Source: a candidate division FCPU426 bacterium
Lineage (GTDB): Bacteria; Oederibacteriota; Muellerivitia; Muellerivitales; Muellerivitaceae
Reading direction: 5' to 3'
NCBI GenBank assembly: GCA_963719085.1
Contig: CAVRAL010000001.1
Span: 160,001 to 224,000, forward strand
Length of the DNA stretch: 64,000 bases
Below, piece by piece: positions 28,424 through 37,902 of the stretch. The notes below the pieces were generated by a model. The model searched no databases and had not been told where the DNA came from. It worked only from the letters and a program-made list of their open reading frames with translations. Made by a program: the position numbers and the translations under genes. How positions within the stretch are numbered: position 1 is the stretch's first letter; each line of letters begins with the position of its first letter.

Positions 28424-28568
28424 GCTTTTACTATAAATCCAATACCTAGGACTTGTGGGCGAAAATATTGAGCTTTTCACCCGCTTCTGGCAAGATAAGC
28501 GGCCCACGGGTTGAACCCCGGGTGGTGAGCCGGTTTATTTATTCTTGAAAGCATTTTAAGGAAAAAAC

Positions 28569-28853
28569 GTGTCCTTATCCGAAAAAGACGTCCAATATGT
28601 CGCCAAGCTGGCGCGGCTTGAGATCACCGAGGCCGAAACGGCCAAATACACCGAGCAATTGGGAAACATTCTTCAATATGTTGAGCAGTTGAATCAGCTC
28701 GACACGGCCAATGTGGAACCCTTGACCCATCCTTTGGATATGAAAAACGTGTTTCGGCCCGATGTGAATGAGCCTTCCTTAACTCAAAAAGAAGTGTTGT
28801 CCAACGGGCCCGAAGTCCAGGCGGGGCATTTTAAGGTTCCAAAAATCATGTAA
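28569..28853 (+). CDS. gatC: Asp/Glu-tRNA amidotransferase subunit C
   Basis: [15 protein letters not shown] and FKVPK motifs; precedes gatA. Confidence 0.95.
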   Translation: MSLSEKDVQYVAKLARLEITEAETAKYTEQLGNILQYVEQLNQLDTANVEPLTHPLDMKNVFRPDVNEPSLTQKEVLSNGPEVQAGHFKVPKIM

Positions 28854-28947
28854 TGAAGTGGGTATAAAGATTTTTGGAACCCCGAGCCAAGTCGAGGGGT
28901 CTCGACGTCATGTGATATTGCCTCTAACTTTTAATGGAAATGGATTA

Positions 28948-30414
28948 ATGGAACTTCACCAAAAAACAATCCACGAAATCTCGGCGGACCTGAAAGCCAA
29001 AAAGCTTTCATCGGTCGAGCTGACGAAGACGGTCTTGGCGCGCCTGGAAAAGGTCGAGCCCAAGGTTCAATCCTTCATCACCCGTACGCCCGACGAAGCC
29101 CTGGCGCAAGCCGCGGAAGCGGATAAGCGGCTGGCTTCAGGTGGGCGAATCGGCCCGCTCACCGGGGTTCCGATCGCTTTGAAGGACCTTCTTTGCACCA
29201 AAGGGGTTCGGACCACTTGCGGGTCCAAGATGCTGGAAAATTTCAAACCGCCTTATAACGCCACCGTGGTGGAACGCTTGAGCGCCGCCGGAGCCGTGTC
29301 GGTGGGGAAGACCAACATGGACGAGTTCGCCATGGGTTCTTCCACCGAAACCTCGGCTTACCAGAAAACCAAAAATCCTTGGAACCTGTCCTGCGTGCCG
29401 GGCGGTTCCTCAGGCGGCTCCGCCACCAGCGTTTCAGCCGACCAGGCTTTCGCGTCGCTGGGCTCGGATACCGGCGGCTCCATCCGCCAGCCGGCGGCTT
29501 TGTGCGGCATCGTGGGGCTCAAACCCACCTATGGCCGGGTTTCCCGTTACGGCCTTATCGCGTTCGCCTCGTCGCTGGATCAAATCGGCCCCTTCACGAA
29601 AGACGTGGAAGATTGCGCGCTGATGCTGGGCGCCATCGCGGGGCACGACCGGAAAGACTCCACCTCGGCCCAGGTGGCCGTGCCCGATTACGTCTCCGAT
29701 ATGAAAAAATCGATCAAGGGTCTGAAGGTCGGTATCCCGAAAGAATTTTTCCCTGAAGGGCTTAATCCCGAAGTGGCCGAGGCGGTCAAAAAGGCCATCG
29801 CGGAACTTGAAAAGCAAGGCGCTGAAATCCACGAAGTGTCCCTGCCGGCGTCGCCCTATGGTTTGGCCGCTTATTATGTGCTGGCGCCCTCGGAAGCTTC
29901 TTCCAACTTGGCCCGCTACGATGGGGTTCGTTATGGCCTGCGGGTGCCGGGCGAGAATATCGTGGAGATGTACTCCAAGACCCGGGCCGCCGGTTTCGGC
30001 GCCGAGGTCAAACGCCGCATCATGCTGGGCACCTACGCGCTTTCGTCGGGCTATTATGACGCTTACTATTTAAAAGCCCTGAAGGTGCGCCGTTTAATTA
30101 AGCGGGACTACGACAAGGCCTTTGAAAAGGTCGATGTCATCGCCACCCCCACCGCGCCGAATCCGGCTTTTAAGTTTGGCGAAAAAACGGGAGATCCCTT
30201 GGCCATGTATCTGGAGGATATTTTCACGGTATCGATCAATATCACGGGCATGCCCGGGATTTCAGTGCCTTGCGGATTATCCAAGTCGGGTCTTCCCATC
30301 GGCCTGCAGTTGATCGGCAAGGCTTTTGATGAGTCCACCTTGCTCCGTACGGCTTACGCCTATGAGCAAGCCACCGAATGGCACAAGCAGAAGCCGACAC
30401 TAAAGGAAAGTTAG
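28948..30414 (+). CDS. gatA: Asp/Glu-tRNA amidotransferase subunit A
   Basis: [31 protein letters not shown] and SSNLARYDG motifs. Confidence 0.98.
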   Translation: MELHQKTIHEISADLKAKKLSSVELTKTVLARLEKVEPKVQSFITRTPDEALAQAAEADKRLASGGRIGPLTGVPIALKDLLCTKGVRTTCGSKMLENFKPPYNATVVERLSAAGAVSVGKTNMDEFAMGSSTETSAYQKTKNPWNLSCVPGGSSGGSATSVSADQAFASLGSDTGGSIRQPAALCGIVGLKPTYGRVSRYGLIAFASSLDQIGPFTKDVEDCALMLGAIAGHDRKDSTSAQVAVPDYVSDMKKSIKGLKVGIPKEFFPEGLNPEVAEAVKKAIAELEKQGAEIHEVSLPASPYGLAAYYVLAPSEASSNLARYDGVRYGLRVPGENIVEMYSKTRAAGFGAEVKRRIMLGTYALSSGYYDAYYLKALKVRRLIKRDYDKAFEKVDVIATPTAPNPAFKFGEKTGDPLAMYLEDIFTVSINITGMPGISVPCGLSKSGLPIGLQLIGKAFDESTLLRTAYAYEQATEWHKQKPTLKES

Positions 30415-30472
30415 GAATTAGGAGTTAGGAGTGGGTAGTTGACTCCTGACTTCGAACTCCTCACTACTAACT
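30409..30472. repeat. 7-mer periodic palindrome
   Basis: GTTAGGA ATTAGGA GTTAGGA ... CTCCTGA CTTCGAA CTCCTCA CTACTAAC between gatA and gatB. Confidence 0.75.
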
Positions 30473-30483
30473 GGAGATTTTTC

Positions 30484-31935
30484 ATGGAGTACGAGCCAGT
30501 CATCGGATTAGAAGTCCACTGCGAACTCAAAACCGCCACCAAGCTTTTTTGCGGCTGTTCCACTGTGTTCGGCAACGAAGCCAATACCCAGGTTTGTCCC
30601 GTCTGTTTAGGACTGCCCGGCACGCTACCGGTGATGAATGAGAAAGCCGTGGAGTACGCGGTCAAGATCGGCCTGGCCTTGAATTGCTCGATCGCCAAAT
30701 ATTCCAAGATGGACCGCAAAAACTATTACTATCCGGACCTGCCCAAGGCCTACCAGATTTCCCAATATGACAAGCCCCTCAACTACGGCGGTCATTTGGA
30801 TATTGTGACCAAAGATGGAGTCAAGCGGATCGGCGTGACCCGGGCGCACTTAGAAGAAGACGCCGGGAAACTTGTGCATCAAGGCGGGAAGGCTGGACGG
30901 CTCGATTCTTCCGATTATTCCTTAGCCGACTACAATCGGGGCGGGATTCCTTTGGTGGAAATTGTGTCGGAGCCCGACATCCGCAGCGCCGACGAGGCCC
31001 ACGCTTATCTGACGGCTTTAAGGAATATCCTGCTTTATATCGGCGTGTCCGATTGCAATATGGAAGAGGGCTCTTTGCGCTGTGACGCCAACGTTTCCGT
31101 GCGTCCCGTGGGAACGGAAAAATTCGGAACCCGCACCGAAATTAAAAATATGAACAGCTTCAAGTTCGCCAAGCAAGCCATTGAATATGAGATCAAGCGC
31201 CAGTCGGCTCTGCTGGATAAAGGCGAAAGGGTTGTGCAAGAATCCCGTCTTTGGGATGTGACCGAGAACAAAACTAAAACCATGCGTTCCAAAGAGGAAG
31301 CCCACGATTACCGCTATTTCCCTGAGCCGGATTTAATTCCGATCATCCTGGGCGAGGATTATGTCCAAACGATCCGCAAAAACCTGCCCGAATTGCCCGC
31401 GGCCAAGCAGGCCCGGTTTGTTTCCCAATACGGGCTTACGCCTTATGACGCGGGTGTTTTGACCGCCGGACAGGAATTGGCGGATTGGTATGAGGCGGGA
31501 GCCAAGCATACCAAGAGCCCCAAAGGATTGGCCAACTGGGTCATGGGTGATATGGCGGCCCAGATGAAAGAACAGGAAAAAGAGCTCCAAGACCTGAAGT
31601 TTGACCAAAAGAAACTTTGTGAATTAGTCGATCTTTTGGAAGAGGGGACCATCAACAGCAAACAGGGCAAGGAAGTTTTCCTGGAGCTTTTCAACAATGG
31701 GGCCTCGCCGGCCGAGGTGGTAAAATCAAAAGGCATGGCTCAGGTTTCCGACCCCAAGGCCATTGAAACGGCCGTGGATAAGGTTTTGGCCGAAAACCCC
31801 AATGTGGTGGCCGACTATAAGGGCGGCAAACAGGGTGTCATCGGCTTTTTGGTCGGCAAGGTCATGCAGGCCAGCCAGGGCAAGGCCAATCCCAAATTGG
31901 TCAATGAAGTTTTAAAAAAGAAACTGGACGCTTAA
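30484..31935 (+). CDS. gatB: Asp/Glu-tRNA amidotransferase subunit B
   Basis: IGLEVH, YPDLPKAYQISQ, HLEEDAGK and YRYFPEPDL motifs. Confidence 0.98.
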   Translation: MEYEPVIGLEVHCELKTATKLFCGCSTVFGNEANTQVCPVCLGLPGTLPVMNEKAVEYAVKIGLALNCSIAKYSKMDRKNYYYPDLPKAYQISQYDKPLNYGGHLDIVTKDGVKRIGVTRAHLEEDAGKLVHQGGKAGRLDSSDYSLADYNRGGIPLVEIVSEPDIRSADEAHAYLTALRNILLYIGVSDCNMEEGSLRCDANVSVRPVGTEKFGTRTEIKNMNSFKFAKQAIEYEIKRQSALLDKGERVVQESRLWDVTENKTKTMRSKEEAHDYRYFPEPDLIPIILGEDYVQTIRKNLPELPAAKQARFVSQYGLTPYDAGVLTAGQELADWYEAGAKHTKSPKGLANWVMGDMAAQMKEQEKELQDLKFDQKKLCELVDLLEEGTINSKQGKEVFLELFNNGASPAEVVKSKGMAQVSDPKAIETAVDKVLAENPNVVADYKGGKQGVIGFLVGKVMQASQGKANPKLVNEVLKKKLDA

Positions 31936-31948
31936 AAGGGAGTCGCTT

Positions 31949-32530
31949 TTGCCCGTATCCTTCGGTCCCTCCGATGTCAAAAATCCTCGCAGTTACTTCT
32001 GGGGCCCCGTGCCCGAAAGCTACTGGTTGACCAAGGTCTTCATTTTTGATTTTGATTGGGTGGTGCGGGAAGCGGAACTGGCCCGCCACGCCATGCCGGA
32101 CCAGGCGCAAGCCCATTCCAGCCTGGAAGGCCTCAAAGAAACCTTTCGGATGCTTCGCGGGTTTGAGGTGCGCCTGGCCATGACCTCCAACTTCACCCAA
32201 AAACAAGTGGTTGAAAAGCTCCACAACTTAAACCTGGCGGAAGATTTTGACTGTATCCGCTGCGCGGAAGAACTGCCCTCGCTCAAGCCCAATCCGGATT
32301 TAAATTTCAACGTGATGGAAACGCTGGGTATCCGGGCCATCAAGGCCATCGCTTTTGAAACCAGCCCCGAAGGCATCGAGGCCGCCCGCAAGGCCGATGT
32401 TTTTTGCGTGGTTCCGCCTTCGCTTCAAGGGCGTGGCGATTACGTTTTGAACTCGGTCACCGAGGAGCATTTGATCGGTCTTCTGGAAAAGATGGACCTT
32501 CAAAAGCGGAAAATTTTGTCCCTCATTTGA
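31949..32530 (+). CDS. HAD-superfamily hydrolase-like protein (degenerate)
   Basis: FIFDFD, TSN, KPNPD and FETSPEGIEAA motifs; start uncertain. Confidence 0.6.
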   Translation: MPVSFGPSDVKNPRSYFWGPVPESYWLTKVFIFDFDWVVREAELARHAMPDQAQAHSSLEGLKETFRMLRGFEVRLAMTSNFTQKQVVEKLHNLNLAEDFDCIRCAEELPSLKPNPDLNFNVMETLGIRAIKAIAFETSPEGIEAARKADVFCVVPPSLQGRGDYVLNSVTEEHLIGLLEKMDLQKRKILSLI

Positions 32531-32540
32531 CAAGTGGCGA

Positions 32541-33377
32541 TTAGGGATAAGCCGCCATTGAGGCTTTCATGAAAGCCTCGATCGTCGGGCGGTAAGTTTC
32601 GGCCACTGATGGGAAATCCAGATGGTCGATGCCCTTCAACACGATGAACTGTTTCGGCTCCGCCGCTTCCGCGAAAACCTTCCGGCCCAAGGCGATGGGG
32701 ATCACCGTGTCGTTCTCGGCGTGAAAATCCAATAAGGGACAAGTCCGCTGGGCCACATATTTTTCCGTCTCGAACTTATCCTGGATCATAAAGGGAAAAA
32801 CCAACAGCCAGGGAAAGCGGGTCCGGGACACGGCGTAAATCGAGGGGAAGGCGCCTTCCAAAAAAAGCCCAGCGGGATGGGTGTGGGTCGCTAGTTGCGC
32901 GGCCACCGAAGAGCCCAGTGAATGGCCCCAGATAAAAACATGGTTTTCGGGATAGCCCTTGGCCAGCACCCATTGGCAGGCCGCCAAGGCGTCCCTATCG
33001 ACAGCCGCCTCGCTGAGGGGCGCTTTTTCACTATCCCCATAGCTTCGGTAATCAAACAAAAGCGCGTCGAATCCATAACTGTAAAAAATCTTGGTGACCT
33101 TGGCCAAAAGCGAAAGCGTCGCGGCGTTACCGTGGCAATAGACCAAAACCGGTTGATGGGCGGAGGGATGGGGATGGTGGACCCACCAACCATTGAGGGT
33201 GACCCCATCGGAGGTCACGAAACTCACGTTTTCATAGGGCTGGTTGTATTTCATCGGCGTAGTGACGTGGTCCAGGGGTCGTGGGACAAAGACCAGCTGT
33301 TTTTGCCGGAGGGCGAAGGCCGCCACGATGGTCAGGTAAGCGCAAAGAATGGGGAGTAGGACGCGTTTCATGGGCAC
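32541..33377 (-). CDS. alpha/beta hydrolase
   Basis: HGNA, DYRSYG, GHSLG and HAENDTVIP motifs. Confidence 0.9.
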   Translation of the reverse strand: MPMKRVLLPILCAYLTIVAAFALRQKQLVFVPRPLDHVTTPMKYNQPYENVSFVTSDGVTLNGWWVHHPHPSAHQPVLVYCHGNAATLSLLAKVTKIFYSYGFDALLFDYRSYGDSEKAPLSEAAVDRDALAACQWVLAKGYPENHVFIWGHSLGSSVAAQLATHTHPAGLFLEGAFPSIYAVSRTRFPWLLVFPFMIQDKFETEKYVAQRTCPLLDFHAENDTVIPIALGRKVFAEAAEPKQFIVLKGIDHLDFPSVAETYRPTIEAFMKASMAAYP

Positions 33378-33534
33378 CTCGGGAAGTTGATTGGGCCAAA
33401 GTGTAGCAAAAACCCCGGAAGGATGAACCCCTTAAACGAGTGAGTTTTAAGGGGAAGATTTCGAAACCTCCGGGGTCTGGATTTGATATTGAGAGTGATT
33501 GCATTTCATCCGGCGGGGGATTAGCTTGAAGCCC

Positions 33535-33927
33535 ATGTTATTAAAGTCCTTTTGCGTCCTATTGACGGTTGGGTTTTTGGCCCTTGCGCCTTGTCTGCCG
33601 CCGGCGCCGATGGAGGGAGTTCAAAAAACCGATTTAAGTTCCGCATGCCCGATGAAGGGCCTTTGCGGCATGACTTGCTGTTGTTCGGCCAAACAAAAGT
33701 CTTCGCTTTGCGGCGGGTCCTTGCCGGAGGGGCTTTACGCGGCGGGTTGTGTGCCCCTGAACGGCAAGGGGCTCTTTTTTTCCAGTCCTACGGCCAAGTG
33801 GGTACCCGCCCGTTTTGCCTGGATTTTCCGGGGGATTTCTTTGAACCCCATGGTTGTTTCCAATTCGTTGCCTTCACTTCAAACTGAACCCATCTCGCCA
33901 CCACCCCGGATTTCACTCCTTTCTTGA
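33535..33927 (+). CDS. Cys-rich exported/leader protein ending in a PPPR motif
   Basis: N-terminal hydrophobic segment, CPMKGLCGMTCCC and C-terminal EPISPPPR. Confidence 0.55.
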   Translation: MLLKSFCVLLTVGFLALAPCLPPAPMEGVQKTDLSSACPMKGLCGMTCCCSAKQKSSLCGGSLPEGLYAAGCVPLNGKGLFFSSPTAKWVPARFAWIFRGISLNPMVVSNSLPSLQTEPISPPPRISLLS

Positions 33928-33985
33928 AATTTCTTGGCGATCCGCTTCCCGTGGACGCAAATTTCGATTTTAAAAGGAGATTCAA

Positions 33986-34969
33986 ATGTTCCGATTATTC
34001 TTTCGTTTATTTTCATGTTTGTTTCTTGCCCTGACAACCGGGGCTCAAGCCTGCTCGGTCTGCGGCTGCGGGGATCCGATGCAATCCTCGGCGAACGCCC
34101 ATCCTTTGGAAGGCGCGGTTCGGCTGGACTTTGAGACGATTTACCTGACCGCCAGCGCCCAAAGCGATGACGATGCCACGCAGACCGAGGCGGTGCGGCA
34201 GGTCAATCTCAATACCACGCTGAATTACAGTCCCACCAACGATATGACCTTGACCTTGATGCTGCCCTTGGTGGAAAAATATTGGACGCTTTCCGCGGGA
34301 GACGCGCCCGCGGTGCCGGGGGGCGCGCTGGCGGATACGGGGACGCCCTTTGGCATCGGCGACATCATGGTGGGGGCCCGGTACTTTTTTTGGCAGGATA
34401 CGGACTTCAAGACGAAGCAGCATCAAGCCTTGGCGATTTCGGCGGGAACTTACCTTCCGACGGGACCCACCAATATCAATTCGGGCATTACGGGAGGCCC
34501 CATCGATACCCACGCGCAATTGGGTACGGGAGCTTTCGGGTTTTATGGGGGGCTTCTTTACAACCATGTTTGGGATGACCTGACGATCAGCGCCAATTTC
34601 AACGTGGTGGCCCATACGAAAGCCCTGACCAGCGATTCGACCAGCGCGGTATGGGATTACACCTTTGGTACTTCTTATACCGGAGGCATTTCGGGCCAAT
34701 ATCACTTGGAAGATGATCTGGGAATTTCCCTGGCGGTGGAAGCCCGTTATGCCACCGCGGATACGGAGGCCAATGACAGCCAGACCGCGATCATCACCGC
34801 CCCCAACACGGGCGGAACGGTCCTGGACCTGTCCCCGGGTTTTTCCTGGAACATCTCGGGCGACTCGGTTCTTTACGCCAAGGTTCAAGTGCCGGTTTAC
34901 ACCAGCCTTTTTGGCGTACAGGAAATCGATCCGACTTACTTATTGGGAACCCAGTTTTTAATTAAATAA
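33986..34969 (+). CDS. putative outer-membrane beta-barrel 'transporter' with N-terminal CSVCGC motif
   Basis: AAGGAG RBS; signal peptide ending AQA; CSVCGC, GIGD, LPTG and QLGTG motifs; alternating beta-strand pattern. Confidence 0.7.
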   Translation: MFRLFFRLFSCLFLALTTGAQACSVCGCGDPMQSSANAHPLEGAVRLDFETIYLTASAQSDDDATQTEAVRQVNLNTTLNYSPTNDMTLTLMLPLVEKYWTLSAGDAPAVPGGALADTGTPFGIGDIMVGARYFFWQDTDFKTKQHQALAISAGTYLPTGPTNINSGITGGPIDTHAQLGTGAFGFYGGLLYNHVWDDLTISANFNVVAHTKALTSDSTSAVWDYTFGTSYTGGISGQYHLEDDLGISLAVEARYATADTEANDSQTAIITAPNTGGTVLDLSPGFSWNISGDSVLYAKVQVPVYTSLFGVQEIDPTYLLGTQFLIK

Positions 34970-34993
34970 GTTCCAGTTTCTTTAATGGCCGTT

Positions 34994-35035
34994 TAAAACC
35001 GCCTGGGAATAGTTCCCGGGCGGTTTTATTTTTTG
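34994..35035 (+). terminator. intrinsic terminator
   Basis: TAAAACCGCCTGGGAA TAG TTCCCGGGCGGTTTTA stem plus T run. Confidence 0.85.
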
Positions 35036-35077
35036 TTATATTTTGCCGTCGTTACTTTTTAGGAGGCTTTTACGCCC

Positions 35078-36313
35078 ATGGCCCGATCCAAAGCTTCAAC
35101 ACCCCCCTCCCGGCACGCTTTGGCTTTCATCTTTATCACCGTTGTGTTGGACATGCTGGCCCTGGGCGTCATTATTCCCATCCTGCCGAATTTGGTGGTG
35201 AGTTTGATGGCCGGCGACAACGTGAAGGGTGCTTTAATGGTCGGGCTCTTCGGCACGGTTTTCGCCCTGATGCAATTTATTTTTTCCCCCATTCTTGGGT
35301 CTTTGTCCGATCGTTTTGGCCGCCGTCCGGTGATTCTTATTTCGAATTTTGGGATGGGATTGGATTATGGGGTGATGGCCCTGGCCCCCACGGTTCGATG
35401 GTTGTTTTTGGGCCGGGTTATTTCCGGTATCACGGCTTCCAGCGTAGGGACGGCCTTCGCTTATATCGCGGATTCCACCACGCCCAAAACCCGAGCCGCC
35501 GGGTTCGGCGTCTTGGGCGCGGCCTTTAGCATTGGATTCGTGGTGGGGCCGGGAGTGGGCGGATGGCTGGGGGATATCAGCCCACGCCTGCCCTTTTGGG
35601 TGGCGGCGGGGCTTAGCTTATTGAACTTTCTTTATGGTTATTTCGTGCTTCCGGAATCGCTCAAACTATCCCGGCGCGCTCCCTTCAGCTGGAAAAAGGC
35701 CAATCCCGTTGGGTCCTTGAAGCTGCTCAAGTCCCATTCCGAATTGTTCCGGTTGGCCCTTATTTATTTCATCAACAACCTGGCCCACGGGGTTTTGACC
35801 AGCGTGTTCGTGCTTTACGGGGGTTACCGCTATCACTGGAGCGAGAAGATGATCGGGTTCACCTTGATGCTGGTGGGAATCTCAACCGGCATCGTCCAAG
35901 GCGGCTTGATACGCCCCGTCGTCAAAAAGTTCGGGGAAAGGCGCTCGCTTTTCGCCGGGTTGGGTTTTGGTTTAGCCGGATTCGCCTTGTTTGGTTGGGC
36001 GCCCACGGGTTGGATTTTCTGGTGCGCCATTCCCTTGATGGCGCTCTGGGGTTTGGCGGGTTCACCGCTTCAAAGCCTGATGTCCAAGCGGGTAAGCCAT
36101 TCCCAGCAGGGCCAATTGCAGGGAGCCAACGGCAGTATCCGGGCTATCGCTGAACTGGCCGCGCCCTTTATTTTCACGGGCATCTACGCTTATTTCATCG
36201 GCCCCGCGCAAGCGCGGCCAATGCCGGGCGCGCCCTTTTACCTGGCGGCGCTTTTTATGGTCGTCGCCGGGTTGATGGCTTGGCAGGCGGGAAATAGACT
36301 AAGCCGGACCTGA
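35078..36313 (+). CDS. TCR/Tet family MFS transporter
   Basis: GSLSDRFGRRPV, GRVISGIT, AYIAD and LPESL motifs. Confidence 0.92.
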   Translation: MARSKASTPPSRHALAFIFITVVLDMLALGVIIPILPNLVVSLMAGDNVKGALMVGLFGTVFALMQFIFSPILGSLSDRFGRRPVILISNFGMGLDYGVMALAPTVRWLFLGRVISGITASSVGTAFAYIADSTTPKTRAAGFGVLGAAFSIGFVVGPGVGGWLGDISPRLPFWVAAGLSLLNFLYGYFVLPESLKLSRRAPFSWKKANPVGSLKLLKSHSELFRLALIYFINNLAHGVLTSVFVLYGGYRYHWSEKMIGFTLMLVGISTGIVQGGLIRPVVKKFGERRSLFAGLGFGLAGFALFGWAPTGWIFWCAIPLMALWGLAGSPLQSLMSKRVSHSQQGQLQGANGSIRAIAELAAPFIFTGIYAYFIGPAQARPMPGAPFYLAALFMVVAGLMAWQAGNRLSRT

Positions 36314-36367
36314 TAGGGTTTTCGAAAGCCTACTGATAATGGGTCGACTTATTTAAAGGAGCGGTTT

Positions 36368-36613
36368 ATGCACCAACTCATCTGGGATTTAATCGTAGGA
36401 GCCATCATCGGCTGGTTGGCGGGAATCATCGTTCAGGGCGCGGGGATGGGCATCCTGACCAATATCGTGGTGGGGATTTTGGGCGCCATTTTGGGCGGCT
36501 ATCTTTCCGGTTTTCTTCACGTCAATATCTCGGGTTTTTGGAGCGCCTTGGGTATGTCGGTTTTGGGCGCGGTGATTCTATTGGTTCTGCTTCGGTTGAT
36601 CCGGTCGAAATAA
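36368..36613 (+). CDS. GlsB/YeaQ/YmgE (transglycosylase-associated) membrane protein
   Basis: GAIIGWLAG...NIVVGILGAILGG...GAVILL pattern. Confidence 0.9.
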   Translation: MHQLIWDLIVGAIIGWLAGIIVQGAGMGILTNIVVGILGAILGGYLSGFLHVNISGFWSALGMSVLGAVILLVLLRLIRSK

Positions 36614-36623
36614 GGCAAGCGGA

Positions 36624-37754
36624 ATGCCCTTGGTTTATCCCGCGAAGGCTTACGCCGCCGATGGCGGGGGCGGCGCGCGCGATTGCAAGCTCACCCTGGG
36701 CTCTTCCAGCCTGAACGCCGAGACCGAGGACGGCCTTTCGTTCCAATGGGGTTACCGCGATATTCAGCCGAGCCAAACCGGGGAAGACGGCGGGTATCTT
36801 CTCCTAAAGTACTCGGGCAGGGCGCCGGCTTTTGACGGAAGCCTTATCGTCCAAGATGAGGAATTTCGGTCGGCCCTAGCCGAAAAAATGGATGAACCGC
36901 AAAAAAAATTCCTTCTTCGCTTTTCGAAACAACATAAACAAATCCTGTTCACGAAATGGCGCAATTTAATCCTAGCGGGTTTGGGTTTGGTCTTTTTTCT
37001 GGTGGGCGGCTATTGGGCCTTGGGCCATTGGGCGGCGGATTTCGCGGCCAAGCACTTGCCGATCCCCGCTGAAGTGGCCTGGGGGGAAATCCAAGCCCAG
37101 GCCGAATTGGCCCAGCAAAAAGCCGTCACCGAAGGGCCCGTGGTGGACGCGGCGCGGACCATCCTGAAACGGTTGGCCGCGGCGGTTCCGAATAATCCGG
37201 GTTATCCTTTCGAGATTCATGTGATCGAAGACCCCGAAGTGAACGCCTTCGCGCTTCCCGGCGGACAGATCTTTCTTTTGACGGGCTTGGTCAAAAAGGC
37301 CCAAAGTCCCGAGGAAGTGGCGGGGGTTTTGGCCCACGAGATGCAGCATGTGCTGCACCGGCATGTGGTGCGCCGCACGGTTCAGGAGATGGGTTTGCGG
37401 CTTTGGATCACGGTTTTGTTCGGACACGGGGCTTATTCCACTCTGGCCCAACAAGCGGGGAAGGTTCTTAATTTATCCTTTAGCCGGGGGCAGGAATCCG
37501 AAGCGGATCTGGATGGGGCGAGGCTTTTGGCCCGAGCGAACCTTCCTATCAAGCCGTTGGAAGTTTTTTTCTCAAGATTGGCCCAGGAACAAGGCGCCGC
37601 GGGCGGCAAGGCCATGGCTTTTATTTCCGATCATCCGGCGAGCCTGGATCGGGTACAGGCTTTGGAGGACCTAGCTAGAACAATTGAGCCCAAAAACCCG
37701 CAGGGTTTTCCGGCCATTGATTGGAAACAGGTTCAGGATTCGTTAAAAAAATAA
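36624..37754 (+). CDS. M48 family metallopeptidase
   Basis: NAFALPGG, GVLAHEMQH, ESEAD and SDHP motifs. Confidence 0.9.
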   Translation: MPLVYPAKAYAADGGGGARDCKLTLGSSSLNAETEDGLSFQWGYRDIQPSQTGEDGGYLLLKYSGRAPAFDGSLIVQDEEFRSALAEKMDEPQKKFLLRFSKQHKQILFTKWRNLILAGLGLVFFLVGGYWALGHWAADFAAKHLPIPAEVAWGEIQAQAELAQQKAVTEGPVVDAARTILKRLAAAVPNNPGYPFEIHVIEDPEVNAFALPGGQIFLLTGLVKKAQSPEEVAGVLAHEMQHVLHRHVVRRTVQEMGLRLWITVLFGHGAYSTLAQQAGKVLNLSFSRGQESEADLDGARLLARANLPIKPLEVFFSRLAQEQGAAGGKAMAFISDHPASLDRVQALEDLARTIEPKNPQGFPAIDWKQVQDSLKK

Positions 37755-37779
37755 AAGCAAAGGCATTTTTCAATGATTC

Positions 37780-37856
37780 GCGCGGATAAACGCGGATTCT
37801 ACTGAAAAGAGGAGACGCGGATATTTTTAATCAGCGTTCATCCGCTTTTATCAATG
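37780..37856. repeat. CGCGGAT/ATCCGCG periodic palindrome
   Basis: GCGCGGATAAACGCGGAT ... ATCAGCGTTCATCCGC; a related copy lies at about 11966-12032. Confidence 0.6.
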
Positions 37857-37902
37857 TAAATGATTGTCGTTGCTTTTTTTAAAGTCATGATAAGGAGACC
37901 TC

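Noticed and set aside
35078..36313. Acquired tetracycline resistance gene
   Set aside because: A generic TCR/Tet MFS family member with host-like composition, no tetR and no mobility signs; substrate unknown.
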